This document shows positions 19,327 to 28,663 of a stretch of DNA of 64,000 bases, in pieces. The position numbers and the translations under genes are program-made. Each line of letters opens with the position of its first letter. Position 1 is the stretch's first letter. The DNA is from an uncultured Bacteroidales bacterium. GTDB taxonomy: Bacteria; Bacteroidota; Bacteroidia; Bacteroidales; FEN-979. Under the pieces are notes generated by a model. That model was not told the DNA's origin, made no database searches, and saw only the letters and a program-made list of their open reading frames with translations. The stretch spans positions 14,624 through 78,623 of the forward strand of contig CAIYUC010000152.1 in NCBI GenBank assembly GCA_903929315.1. The letters run 5' to 3'.

Positions 19327-20019
19327 TCATTTTGCTATATCACTCACGATTTTGCCGTCTTCCAGTGTTACTATTCTCCGGGCTTTTGCAACGACACGGG
19401 CATCATGAGTAGAAAAGATGAAAGTGATATTTTCTTCTTTATTAAGCTGTTCCATTATTTCAAGAAGGTTTTCGGCGGATTTTGAATCCAGGTTGGCTGT
19501 AGGTTCATCTGCCAGGATAAATTTCGGCTTGGATGCCAACGCCCTTGCCACTGCGACCCTTTGCTGCTGTCCTCCTGACAATTTATTCGGACGTGCATCA
19601 ACCCGGTCACCCAGGCCTACTGATCTTAAAAGTTCATTCGTACGGTTTTCCCTTAGCCCTTTAGGAGTTCCCTGCAACTGCATGATGAACTCGACATTCT
19701 CTTTAGCCGTCAGCACCGGGATCAGGTTGAATGACTGAAAGACAAAACCGATGTTTCGCAAACGGAAATCGATCAGTTGACGCGACCTGAGCTTCGTGAT
19801 ATTGATGTGGTCGATGATGATCTCGCCTTCTGTGGGTTTATCAAGGCCCCCCAACATGTTCAGAAGGGTGGTCTTGCCTGAACCAGATGGCCCAACGATG
19901 GTGGTAAACTCGCCAGACTGGAAACTGATGCTGACATTATTGAGAGCGTAGACCGGAATCGTCTCTTTATCGTAGATCTTCGTTAGATTTTTTATTTCAA
20001 TGATATTCATACTTCCCAT
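19327..20019 (-). CDS. ABC transporter ATP-binding protein (LolD/MacB-type)
   Basis: Walker A GPSGSGKTT, signature LSGGQQQRVAVARAL and Walker B ILADEPTANLD. Confidence 0.9.
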   Translation of the reverse strand: MGSMNIIEIKNLTKIYDKETIPVYALNNVSISFQSGEFTTIVGPSGSGKTTLLNMLGGLDKPTEGEIIIDHINITKLRSRQLIDFRLRNIGFVFQSFNLIPVLTAKENVEFIMQLQGTPKGLRENRTNELLRSVGLGDRVDARPNKLSGGQQQRVAVARALASKPKFILADEPTANLDSKSAENLLEIMEQLNKEENITFIFSTHDARVVAKARRIVTLEDGKIVSDIAK

Positions 20020-20033
20020 AGTTAAATTGGAAA

Positions 20034-21287
20034 TTATTCGATTCTGATAGCTTCGACGGGTTTTAGTTTTAATGCCTTACGAGCGGGAATAATAGCAGAT
20101 AATATGCCGGTACTTAAGATCATTACAGAGAGATTAAGGTAAAAGGTTTTCGTAATGAAAGGGTAGATCTTAGGGTCGAAACCAAATGCTCCAAGTCCAC
20201 GCGATACGGATGACATATCGATGCCATGCTTATGAAAAATATTGATCAGAAATGCGCTCAGGACCATCCCGATAATACCACCTATGAATGTGAGCAAAAT
20301 GGTTTCCAGCATTATCATGCTGAATATCCTGGCCTTACTCATCCCGACAGCCATGAGCATACCGAGTTCCCGTGTGCGCTCAAAGACAATCATAAGCATT
20401 GTATTCACGATACCAAACGCCAAAGCCAGAAGAATAATTCCGAGGATAATATAGATCTCAAGGGAAATAGCAGATGTGATAAGGCCCATTTCCGGCTGGA
20501 TCTCCTGCCAGTTCTCCACATCAAGTCCGGGAAATTTCTGCTTCAGAGCCGATTGAACCTCAGGAAGATTGTCGATATCCGTAAGCAGAATTGCAATCTC
20601 ATGAGGCTTTATCATGCTGCCGGTAATGTTATTGAAGTCATTTGACCTGACGAAGATATTCGCATCATCGAATGCATTGTTTGACGTTTGGTAAATGCCC
20701 GTTACTGAAAATGCCGCTTCCGAAATGTTGCCGTCGGTATTCTGGAAACGGATCACAACCTTCGATTTTAACCTTACTTTAAGCTTGTCTGCCACTCTTT
20801 TACTTACAAGGATTGGGTTTTTTCTGGGACCTGTAAAATAAACGCCGCATGAATCACAAATGGTCTTATATAACTGTGTGACTTTCTTTTCCTTTTCCGG
20901 ATTGATCCCGATGATCTGCACGCCTGATGCTGCATTTGGAGAACTGATCATGCCGGGAACCCGGGTTCTTACAGCTACCGATTTCACATCAGGCATCCTC
21001 GAAATTACTTCTGCAAGACTATCGGCTGAAACAATTGAATATTGCGGTTCATAATTTTTCAGGAAATCGGGGTTATGGATCTGTATATGCGACACTTCGT
21101 TATTTATCCCTGACCTGAATTTTTGATCGACCATCCCGGTCATGATGGAAGCGGTAAATATCCCGCCTGTCAGGGCAAGAGTGATTGCAATGATAACAAT
21201 AAGGCTTCTTTCCTTGTTTCTCCAGACATTTTTAAAAGCAATTTTCGGGATCATAGCTGATCTATTTTCGTAACGCTTCAACAACAT
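20034..21287 (-). CDS. ABC transporter permease, FtsX/LolC-LolE family
   Basis: 417 aa. N-terminal TM, a large periplasmic loop and a C-terminal three-TM FtsX domain (ERTRELGMLMAVGMSK). Overlaps the upstream permease by 26 nt. Confidence 0.85.
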   Translation of the reverse strand: MLLKRYENRSAMIPKIAFKNVWRNKERSLIVIIAITLALTGGIFTASIMTGMVDQKFRSGINNEVSHIQIHNPDFLKNYEPQYSIVSADSLAEVISRMPDVKSVAVRTRVPGMISSPNAASGVQIIGINPEKEKKVTQLYKTICDSCGVYFTGPRKNPILVSKRVADKLKVRLKSKVVIRFQNTDGNISEAAFSVTGIYQTSNNAFDDANIFVRSNDFNNITGSMIKPHEIAILLTDIDNLPEVQSALKQKFPGLDVENWQEIQPEMGLITSAISLEIYIILGIILLALAFGIVNTMLMIVFERTRELGMLMAVGMSKARIFSMIMLETILLTFIGGIIGMVLSAFLINIFHKHGIDMSSVSRGLGAFGFDPKIYPFITKTFYLNLSVMILSTGILSAIIPARKALKLKPVEAIRIE

Positions 21288-22482
21288 TTAATTTGAAGAT
21301 CTTTCTGACGGGATAAACACAGGTAAGTGAAACAATGATCAAAACTATAATGACATTTCCCAGGATGAAAGCCGGTTTAAACGCAAGCGGCATCAATGGT
21401 TCAATTCCATAATTAATGAAAGTCTTTGCCATATTTCCTGTGAGATGGATGGGATTTACTTTATAATATAGCATAATAGGAAGACTTACAGCGATTCCAC
21501 TGATAATTCCTGTCAGTCCGATAAAGATCATCTCAACCAATACGATGATCGCGAGTCTTGTCTTTTGCATCCCCACCGATACAACGACTCCGAATTCCTT
21601 GATCCGTTCATTTGTCATCATGATCACTGTTCCGAATATCCCGAATCCAACAATCATGTAAAGGATTGCAATGATGATATTACCTCCGGCCGTCTTCGCC
21701 TTGAGCTGCTGCATGACTTCAACAAGCATTTCATCCCATCGCATAACCTCGTACCTGTCATTATTGATAACCGACCGGATCAATGTAACGGTCTGGTTTA
21801 TATGGTCAGGGTTATTTAACATGAGGGAAACCGTTGTAATCCGGTTATCCGCGCCAAAGAACTCCTGTGCCGTAGGTAAATTCATATAGATCATCTGGTT
21901 GTCTAACTGGGGCGACGGGAAATGGAGAATACCCTGAACGGGGAACTTACCGACGGCGCTCACTCCATGAAATCCCTGACCGATCAAAACAAGAGTGTCA
22001 CCCGTCTTAATTTCCAGATAAGATGCAAGCTTTTGAGCAACCAGTATACCATGCTGTGTGTTTTGAAGATATTTACCCTGAATAATCTTCCGGGACAGAT
22101 GCGTGAGGTTATCCTCTTTCACAGGGTCCGTGCCTATCAGCAATACTCCTTTGGTTTGTTGTTTAAAGGATGACAAGGCAAAATATTCCAGCCGGGGAAC
22201 GACATTCCTTATATTATCCACCGATTGAAGGACACGAAGTAGTGAATCATTACAGTACATGGAATTATTGATGTCCTTATCATCCCAGTATCCATTTTTA
22301 TGGATCTGGATGTGACCGGTGTAAGATTGAATAACGACGTTAACAAGGTTATCAAACCATCCGGTCTGGATGGATCTTACCAGGAGAGCAAGGAAAACTG
22401 CCATAAAGATCGAAGCTGCCGTCAACAGTGTCCTGCGCTTATTCCGCCATATATTCCGCCATGCAAGTTTGAAATAATTCAT
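21262..22482 (-). CDS. ABC transporter permease, FtsX/LolC-LolE family
   Basis: 406 aa with the same architecture (NERIKEFGVVVSVGMQK). Paired with the downstream paralog. Confidence 0.85.
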   Translation of the reverse strand: MNYFKLAWRNIWRNKRRTLLTAASIFMAVFLALLVRSIQTGWFDNLVNVVIQSYTGHIQIHKNGYWDDKDINNSMYCNDSLLRVLQSVDNIRNVVPRLEYFALSSFKQQTKGVLLIGTDPVKEDNLTHLSRKIIQGKYLQNTQHGILVAQKLASYLEIKTGDTLVLIGQGFHGVSAVGKFPVQGILHFPSPQLDNQMIYMNLPTAQEFFGADNRITTVSLMLNNPDHINQTVTLIRSVINNDRYEVMRWDEMLVEVMQQLKAKTAGGNIIIAILYMIVGFGIFGTVIMMTNERIKEFGVVVSVGMQKTRLAIIVLVEMIFIGLTGIISGIAVSLPIMLYYKVNPIHLTGNMAKTFINYGIEPLMPLAFKPAFILGNVIIVLIIVSLTCVYPVRKIFKLNVVEALRK

Positions 22483-22500
22483 AGGATCGAATGTTCGGGG

Positions 22501-23250
22501 CTACTTTACTTTCCGCATATTCTGCTGGGAAAAGAAGCTGTCATCCATTTTTATATTGAATTGCATACGATTGATCTGAAGGACTGTTTTTTGTCCTGTC
22601 TTATTTTGCGGGATGATCTCAATTTTTGTCGGGACCTCCCTGTCACTCATTTTCTTTATATCATAAGAGTTACTTATATTGATAAGATGATTATCCTCGT
22701 CGTAATATTCAGCCTTCCATTGGTCATAACTGGCAGTCGTGACCCACATTATCACTTTCCCCCACACAACTGGTGCATCCGGCAAGGGTATCAATTCGAT
22801 CTTATAACAATCATACCCCCGGATGGTCTCTTTCCCGAGTAGTTTATGGGAATAATCGATAACAATGGAAGATTCCCTTACCAGGTCATCATTGGTAAAA
22901 TCTGAACCCATCCAGGATTGCAACATCATTGAAGGGGGAATTTTGATAAGTTTATCAATAGCCGGGATCCAGTTCCACATATCATTCTTCAGCTTCAGGA
23001 AAACCTGTCCCTTATCCTTGGCCGGATCGGTGATCAGAACCAGGGAATATTCCTTTCCTTTTGACCAGGTTTTCATGGAAACTGCACGTGTCCAGTCAGG
23101 GCGGATAATGGTCATGGTCATCTCTCCCTGGCTTGAAAGGCCGCGGTTTTTGTCATCTGCTTTCTGAATGATCTCTTTGGCAGTAAGACCTTGTCCCGTC
23201 ACCGTTATTCCAATCAAACAAAAGAACAGAAGATTCAGCAAATTTCTCAT
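22501..23250 (-). CDS. outer-membrane lipoprotein-sorting protein (LolA-like fold)
   Basis: 249 aa. Signal peptide, AKEIIQKADDKNRG..., MTIIRPDW..., GSDFTNDDL and WVTTASYDQWKAEYYDE match the LolA_like family pattern as I remember it. Confidence 0.7.
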   Translation of the reverse strand: MRNLLNLLFFCLIGITVTGQGLTAKEIIQKADDKNRGLSSQGEMTMTIIRPDWTRAVSMKTWSKGKEYSLVLITDPAKDKGQVFLKLKNDMWNWIPAIDKLIKIPPSMMLQSWMGSDFTNDDLVRESSIVIDYSHKLLGKETIRGYDCYKIELIPLPDAPVVWGKVIMWVTTASYDQWKAEYYDEDNHLINISNSYDIKKMSDREVPTKIEIIPQNKTGQKTVLQINRMQFNIKMDDSFFSQQNMRKVK

Positions 23251-23258
23251 GATATATC

Positions 23259-23843
23259 CTATTTATACATGTTATACATGTTTTGTATTTTGATTTTTAT
23301 TTTTTCCAGAGGAAAATGTTCCGGATCGGAAAGGAACTCCGACATTGCGCCGGAAAAGAGGGTACCGAGGAAAGCCACTTCAACTTCCGGGTCCTCAAAT
23401 CCCTGCGATTCAAAATAACGAAGCATCATTCCAAGGGGTTGACGCGAGGCAACCACGATCTCTTCATTGAGGATCGTCTGCACAGAAGGCTGACTGAAGA
23501 TAGAAATGTACATTTTCCCCAGGGAAATATTATTTTGCAGAAAGTCAAACACCTTATCAAAATATTCAAACAGTTCATGCTTTTCCAGGATACCATTTTC
23601 ATCAGGGTCAAGGAAACCCATAAAATCGCGCATAAGACTTTGGAAGATCTGTTTAAGCAGATCTTCTTTGCTGCTGAAGTAATTATACAGTAATCCTTTT
23701 GAGATTCCGGCATGCTTTGCCAGTTGGCTTATCGTCACGGAATAATATCCCCGTGTGCCAAAGCATTCGATGGCAGCATTGAGGATCTGCTCCTTTTTAT
23801 TTTCCCTGATCAGATCGAACTGTTCCTTTGTTCTTGGGCACAT
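23259..23843 (-). CDS. TetR/AcrR family transcriptional regulator
   Basis: 194 aa. N-terminal HTH reads ILNAAIECFGTRGYYSVTISQLAKHAGISKGLLYNYFSSKEDLL. Confidence 0.85.
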   Translation of the reverse strand: MCPRTKEQFDLIRENKKEQILNAAIECFGTRGYYSVTISQLAKHAGISKGLLYNYFSSKEDLLKQIFQSLMRDFMGFLDPDENGILEKHELFEYFDKVFDFLQNNISLGKMYISIFSQPSVQTILNEEIVVASRQPLGMMLRYFESQGFEDPEVEVAFLGTLFSGAMSEFLSDPEHFPLEKIKIKIQNMYNMYK

Positions 23844-23861
23844 TTTTCTGAATATTATTCA

Positions 23862-23881
23862 TTGACTGAACGAACGGTCAA
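23862..23881. promoter_or_regulatory. candidate TetR operator (imperfect inverted repeat)
   Basis: ttgactg-aacgaa-cggtcaa lies 19 nt upstream of the TetR start codon (minus-strand gene). The arms match at 6 of 7 positions. Confidence 0.3.
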
Positions 23882-24013
23882 AGATAAAATAAATTTTAAC
23901 ATCAGGCAAAAAAGTTAAAAAAAAAGGAGTTAGTTTTCTGGCTTTGACAGCATAGCTAGCGCGCGCTTGCAGCGCGTGCCAAGGACAGTTAAAAGATCCT
24001 GCAGCTAAAACAA

Positions 24014-24120
24014 ATAACCACAATGCTCACAATGCCTGCCTGCCGGCAGGATTTACACAAAGTCCACAAAGAATATTTTCATCGTGACCATAGTGTTTCC
24101 ATTGTGGCCATTATGGTTAA
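24014..24120. repeat. CACAAAG/GTGGTTAA palindromic intergenic repeat, copy D (with nested GC hairpin)
   Basis: Reads ataaccacaatgctcacaatg-cctgcctgccggcagg-atttacacaaagtccacaaaga...gtgaccatagtgtttccattgtggccattatggttaa. Confidence 0.8.
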
Positions 24121-24136
24121 AGAAGCAAATTGGGTA

Positions 24137-26785
24137 CTATTTCAGAAAGGATTTAGCTTTTTCCAACGCCAGTGGAATCCCTGCCGGATTCTTCCCTCCG
24201 GCTGTTGCAATATGCGGCTGTCCTCCACCCCCTCCCTGTATCTCTTTTGCCAGTTCACGGATTATCTTTCCAGCGTCCATTCCACGTTCCTTGATCAGAT
24301 TTTCGGAGATCATCACGGTTAAGTTTGCTTTGCCATCGTTTTCAGAGGCAAGGACAAGGAAAAGATTATCAATGGAATTCTTCAGGTCAAATGCAAGATT
24401 CTTTATGTTTTCGGGGTCAAGATCCACCTTTTCAGCAATGAAATGAATACCATTTACCAATTGTACTTTTGCTTTTAGATCCTCTTTCAATTGAATGAGC
24501 TTTCCTTTTCCAAACTCTGCAACCTGCTTTCTGAATTGCTGGTTCTCCTCCAGGATTGATCGTATCCCCCTGATAATATCTTTAGGGTTCTTCAGGATCT
24601 CCCTGGCTTCATCCAGTATATTTATTTGGGAAGTGTAATATTCAACTGTTTTTTCTTCGGTAATGGCTTCAATTCTACGTATTCCGGAAGCAATGGCACC
24701 TTCGGAAATGATCTTGAACAATCCTATCTGACCGGTAGCACTGACATGCGTTCCGCCACATAATTCGATGGAGAAATCCTTATCAAATACCACAATCCTG
24801 ACTTTCTCCCCGTATTTTTCTCCGAACAAAGCCATGGCTCCCATTTCCTTTGCTTTTTCAATAGGCAGTTCCCTGTCTTCATACAAAGGGATGTTTTCCC
24901 AGATTTTCCGGTTGACGAGATTTTCGACCTTTCCAATCTCATCTTTTGTCATTTTTGTATAATGGGTAAAATCAAAACGGAGATGATACTCATCCACAAG
25001 TGATCCCTTTTGTTCGACATGTACACCCAGGACCTGGCGAAGTGCAGCATGTAAAAGATGTGTAGCCGAATGATTATTCGCTGTTGACCGCCGTTTCCTT
25101 ACATCCACCTCTGCAAGGAAATTCGTGGATACATCAGATGGAAGCTTTTTTATGATATGCACAATGAGATCGTTTTCTTTAACCGTATTTTCAATCTCTA
25201 ATTGTTCATTTCCTGAGATCAGTAATCCACGGTCTCCTACCTGTCCGCCCGATTCAGCATAGAATGGCGTAATATTGAAAATGATCTGATAGAAATCGCC
25301 ATCCTTTGCGGTAACCTTCCTGTATCTTGAGATATTTACTTCCTCAGATAAACTGTCATATCCCGTGAATTTTTGTCCGCCATGATCCTTATGAACGATC
25401 ACCCAGTCGGCAGTTTCTACCGTTGAAGCCTGCCTTGAACGTGTCTTCTGTTCATTCAGCAACCGGTTGAATTCATCCATATCGACCGTCCAGCCGATTT
25501 CCTTTGCCATCAATTGGGTGAGATCAACCGGGAACCCGAAGGTGTCATATAATTCAAACGTAAAGAGTCCTTCAATGGATTTGACCAGGTTGGGAAGTTT
25601 GTAATACTCCTTATAAGCAGAACGGGATTCAATGTACTCATTGAATTTATGAATTCCTCTTGCTAATGTCTTTAAGAAGGCGACTTCTTCCTCTTTGATG
25701 ACATTCATTATCAAAGTCTGTTGTATTTTCAATTCGGGAAAAACATCCCCCATTTGATCGACCAGAAAAGGGACCAATGTATAAATAAAGGACTCTTTGA
25801 GATCAAGAAATGTATAGCCGTAGCGTAAAGCCCGTCGAAGGATACGCCGGATAACATATCCTGCTTTATTATTGGAGGGAACCTGTCCATCGGCAATGGC
25901 AAATGAGATGGCGCGCAAATGATCTGCAACAACCCGCATTGCCACATCAGCTTTTGGATTCAGGCCGTATTCGATACCTGCTTTTTCTGAAATAGCATGA
26001 ATGATAGGCTGGAAGACATCCGTGTCATAATTCGATTTTTTTTGCTGCAGTACCATGCAGAGCCGTTCAAACCCCAATCCTGTATCCACGTGTTTTGCCG
26101 GTAAGGGCATTAACTTGCCATTTGACTGGCGCTGAAATTCGATAAAGACAAGATTCCATATCTCAATGACCAGGGGATTTCCTTTGTTCACCAGTTCAGA
26201 ACCATGGATAAGTTTTCTTTCAGAATCATCCCGGATATCGATATGTATTTCAGAGCAAGGCCCGCAAGGCCCGCTTTCACCCATCTCCCAAAAGTTGTCT
26301 TTTTTAGAACCCAAAAGGATGTGATCTTCCGGAACAATTTTTTTCCAGCAGTCATAAGCTTCAGTATCTTTTACAAGATCTTCTTTTTCGTCACCCTGAA
26401 AAATGGTAACATACAGGCGATCCTTGTCAATCTTGAAAATATCAGTCAGTAATTCCCATCCCCATTCAATCGCTTCAGGTTTAAAATAATCCCCGAATGA
26501 CCAGTTCCCCAACATCTCAAACATGGTATGATGGTATGTGTCCTGACCTACTTCCTCGAGATCGTTATGCTTTCCTGAGACCCGAAGGCATTTCTGGGTA
26601 TCTGCAACACGACGGTACTTAGGTTCCTTATTCCCCAGGAAAAAATCTTTGAATTGGTTCATTCCTGCATTGGTGAACATCAGGGTAGGATCATCTTTTA
26701 TGACCATCGGTGAAGATGGAACAATATGATGATTCTTATCTTTAAAGAAATCAAGAAAAGTTTGTCTTACTGCGTTAGAATTCAT
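24137..26785 (-). CDS. alaS: alanine--tRNA ligase
   Basis: 882 aa. FTNAGMNQFK, the WSFGDYFK region, the editing-domain HxxxH (HSATHLLH) and a C-terminal DHHA1-like GGGGGQPHIATAGG. Confidence 0.97.
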   Translation of the reverse strand: MNSNAVRQTFLDFFKDKNHHIVPSSPMVIKDDPTLMFTNAGMNQFKDFFLGNKEPKYRRVADTQKCLRVSGKHNDLEEVGQDTYHHTMFEMLGNWSFGDYFKPEAIEWGWELLTDIFKIDKDRLYVTIFQGDEKEDLVKDTEAYDCWKKIVPEDHILLGSKKDNFWEMGESGPCGPCSEIHIDIRDDSERKLIHGSELVNKGNPLVIEIWNLVFIEFQRQSNGKLMPLPAKHVDTGLGFERLCMVLQQKKSNYDTDVFQPIIHAISEKAGIEYGLNPKADVAMRVVADHLRAISFAIADGQVPSNNKAGYVIRRILRRALRYGYTFLDLKESFIYTLVPFLVDQMGDVFPELKIQQTLIMNVIKEEEVAFLKTLARGIHKFNEYIESRSAYKEYYKLPNLVKSIEGLFTFELYDTFGFPVDLTQLMAKEIGWTVDMDEFNRLLNEQKTRSRQASTVETADWVIVHKDHGGQKFTGYDSLSEEVNISRYRKVTAKDGDFYQIIFNITPFYAESGGQVGDRGLLISGNEQLEIENTVKENDLIVHIIKKLPSDVSTNFLAEVDVRKRRSTANNHSATHLLHAALRQVLGVHVEQKGSLVDEYHLRFDFTHYTKMTKDEIGKVENLVNRKIWENIPLYEDRELPIEKAKEMGAMALFGEKYGEKVRIVVFDKDFSIELCGGTHVSATGQIGLFKIISEGAIASGIRRIEAITEEKTVEYYTSQINILDEAREILKNPKDIIRGIRSILEENQQFRKQVAEFGKGKLIQLKEDLKAKVQLVNGIHFIAEKVDLDPENIKNLAFDLKNSIDNLFLVLASENDGKANLTVMISENLIKERGMDAGKIIRELAKEIQGGGGGQPHIATAGGKNPAGIPLALEKAKSFLK

Positions 26786-26865
26786 TAATTCAAAGAGTTA
26801 GAGTACATTTAACAATCTTTAACAAATTCAACAAAGGAACTACCTGCAAAGTTAATTTATTTACT

Positions 26866-26873
26866 TAATTTTG
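26866..26873 (+). promoter_or_regulatory. candidate Bacteroidota -7 promoter box (TAnnTTTG)
   Basis: taattttg lies 47 nt upstream of the ATG at 26921. Confidence 0.25.
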
Positions 26874-26920
26874 TAGCTGTTAGGTTATCTCATCAGGAAT
26901 ATTTCTTTATTTCGCTTTTA

Positions 26921-27895
26921 ATGAGCAAGGTAAAGTACAAGTTCAACAAAAAATCCTTGACATTTGACCGGGTACAGACAACTTTTAGAAAAAAGCTGCT
27001 CTATTTTTTCACTCATTTGTCAACGGGTGTAGTATTTGCTGCTGTCGTGCTGGTTTTAGCCTTTAATTTTGTGGATTCTCCGAAGGAAAAAGTCCAGAAA
27101 CGCGAAATTGAGCAGATGAAACTGCAGTTCCAGATCATGAATGACCATCTTGATAAAATCACCAAAGTCATACGGGATCTGGAAGACAGGGATGACAATA
27201 TATACCGGGTCATCTTCGAAGCGGAACCTATTCCGAGTTCCATCAGGGAGGCCGGTATTGGCGGGGTTGATAAGTATGAGAAATTAGAGGGTTATACAAA
27301 TTCAGAACTTATTATTGAAACAGAAAAAAAGATGGATAAGATCATGGGCCAGCTCTATGTTCAATCAAAATCCTATGATGAAGTCTTTAATTTAGCTAAA
27401 AATAAGGAACGGATGTTGGCCAGCATTCCTGCCATTCAGCCTGTCAATAACAAAGATTTAAGAAGGATCGGATCCTATTTTGGTATGCGCATGGATCCTT
27501 TTTATAAGGTTAAAAAATTCCATGAAGGAATGGATTTTTCGGCTTCCATAGGAACAGTAGTCTATGCAACAGGAAATGGAGAGATCATTTCGGCGGGCAT
27601 GGATGTTGGAGGAGGCTATGGTAATGAGATCGTCATTGATCATGGTTATAATTATCAAACTGTCTATGCCCACCTGTCAAGAATTTTCGTCAAACCCGGA
27701 CAAAAAATATTACGTGGTCAGATCATTGGATACGTCGGTAATACCGGGAAATCCACTTCCCCTCATTTGCATTATGAAGTACGTAAAAACGGTATTGCCA
27801 TAAATCCTATCTATTTCTTCTTTAATGATATTTCCCCTGACCAGTTCAAGATGATGCTTGAACTTTCGTCAAGGCCATCTCAAACCATGGATTAA
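26921..27895 (+). CDS. M23 family metallopeptidase
   Basis: 324 aa. TM anchor, coiled-coil region, HEGMDF and GNTGKSTSPHLHYEV zinc-binding motifs. Confidence 0.85.
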   Translation: MSKVKYKFNKKSLTFDRVQTTFRKKLLYFFTHLSTGVVFAAVVLVLAFNFVDSPKEKVQKREIEQMKLQFQIMNDHLDKITKVIRDLEDRDDNIYRVIFEAEPIPSSIREAGIGGVDKYEKLEGYTNSELIIETEKKMDKIMGQLYVQSKSYDEVFNLAKNKERMLASIPAIQPVNNKDLRRIGSYFGMRMDPFYKVKKFHEGMDFSASIGTVVYATGNGEIISAGMDVGGGYGNEIVIDHGYNYQTVYAHLSRIFVKPGQKILRGQIIGYVGNTGKSTSPHLHYEVRKNGIAINPIYFFFNDISPDQFKMMLELSSRPSQTMD

Positions 27896-27909
27896 TAGAT
27901 TTTTATTTT

Positions 27910-28245
27910 ATGCTGAAAAGAACGGATAGGATCGAAAAAGTTTATTATACCATCGGCGAAGTAGCGGAACTTTTTGAAGTGAACACTTCGCTTATCCGGT
28001 TTTGGGAAAAGGAATTCGATATCCTGAAACCCCAAAAGAACAAAAAAGGAAACAGGTTATTCACTAAACCGGATCTTAATAACCTCCGTATTATTTACCA
28101 CCTTGTTAAAGAAAGAGGATATACACTTCACGGCGCCAGGGAAAAGCTCAAACAAAATAAAGAGGATGTGGAAAAAAATGTTGAGATCATCGATTCTTTG
28201 CAACACATCAAGTCGTTTCTTCTTGAATTAAAAGAAGAATTGTAG
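27910..28245 (+). CDS. MerR family transcriptional regulator
   Basis: 111 aa. HTH reads YYTIGEVAELFEVNTSLIRFWEKEF. Confidence 0.8.
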   Translation: MLKRTDRIEKVYYTIGEVAELFEVNTSLIRFWEKEFDILKPQKNKKGNRLFTKPDLNNLRIIYHLVKERGYTLHGAREKLKQNKEDVEKNVEIIDSLQHIKSFLLELKEEL

Positions 28246-28262
28246 TCTTAGTTTTCCTCTTT

Positions 28263-28595
28263 ATGAAGGATAGTGATTCCTTTTTTGAGAAAGTTTATGA
28301 AATCGCCAAACTGATCCCAAAAGGCAGAGTGACTTCCTATGGGTCAATTGCTGAATATCTGGGCACCAGAGGCTCTGCAAGAATGGTCGGATGGGCAATG
28401 AACGTCTCACATAGCGACGTAAATAACGTTCCTGCTCACAGAGTTGTTAACAGGAAAGGTCTTCTGACAGGCAAACATCATTTTGGCGGGATTTCTGTCA
28501 TGCAACAGCTTCTGGAAAACGAAGGAATAGAAGTTGTGGATGATAAGGTAGTAAAGTTTGAGGAATTGTTCTGGGACCCTTCGAAGGAATTGTAA
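28263..28595 (+). CDS. alkyltransferase-like (ATL) protein: MGMT DNA-binding domain without the acceptor cysteine
   Basis: 110 aa. IPKGRVTSYGSIA... and VPAHRVVN stand where O6-alkylguanine transferases have PCHRV. Confidence 0.75.
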   Translation: MKDSDSFFEKVYEIAKLIPKGRVTSYGSIAEYLGTRGSARMVGWAMNVSHSDVNNVPAHRVVNRKGLLTGKHHFGGISVMQQLLENEGIEVVDDKVVKFEELFWDPSKEL

Positions 28596-28663
28596 CGACT
28601 ATAACGATTGTCCCGATTGTAAAGACTGCAATGAATAACTAACAACGAATAATTAATGATCAA

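Noticed and set aside
23958-23985. Sigma-54 promoter-like TTGGCACGCGCTGCAAGC on the minus strand, upstream of the TetR cluster. This is of interest because a sigma-54 activator is encoded in the window.
   Set aside because: The spacing between the GG and GC elements is 8 nt (or 12 nt to the next GC) instead of the required 10 nt. The sequence is also part of a GC mini-hairpin attached to repeat copy D.
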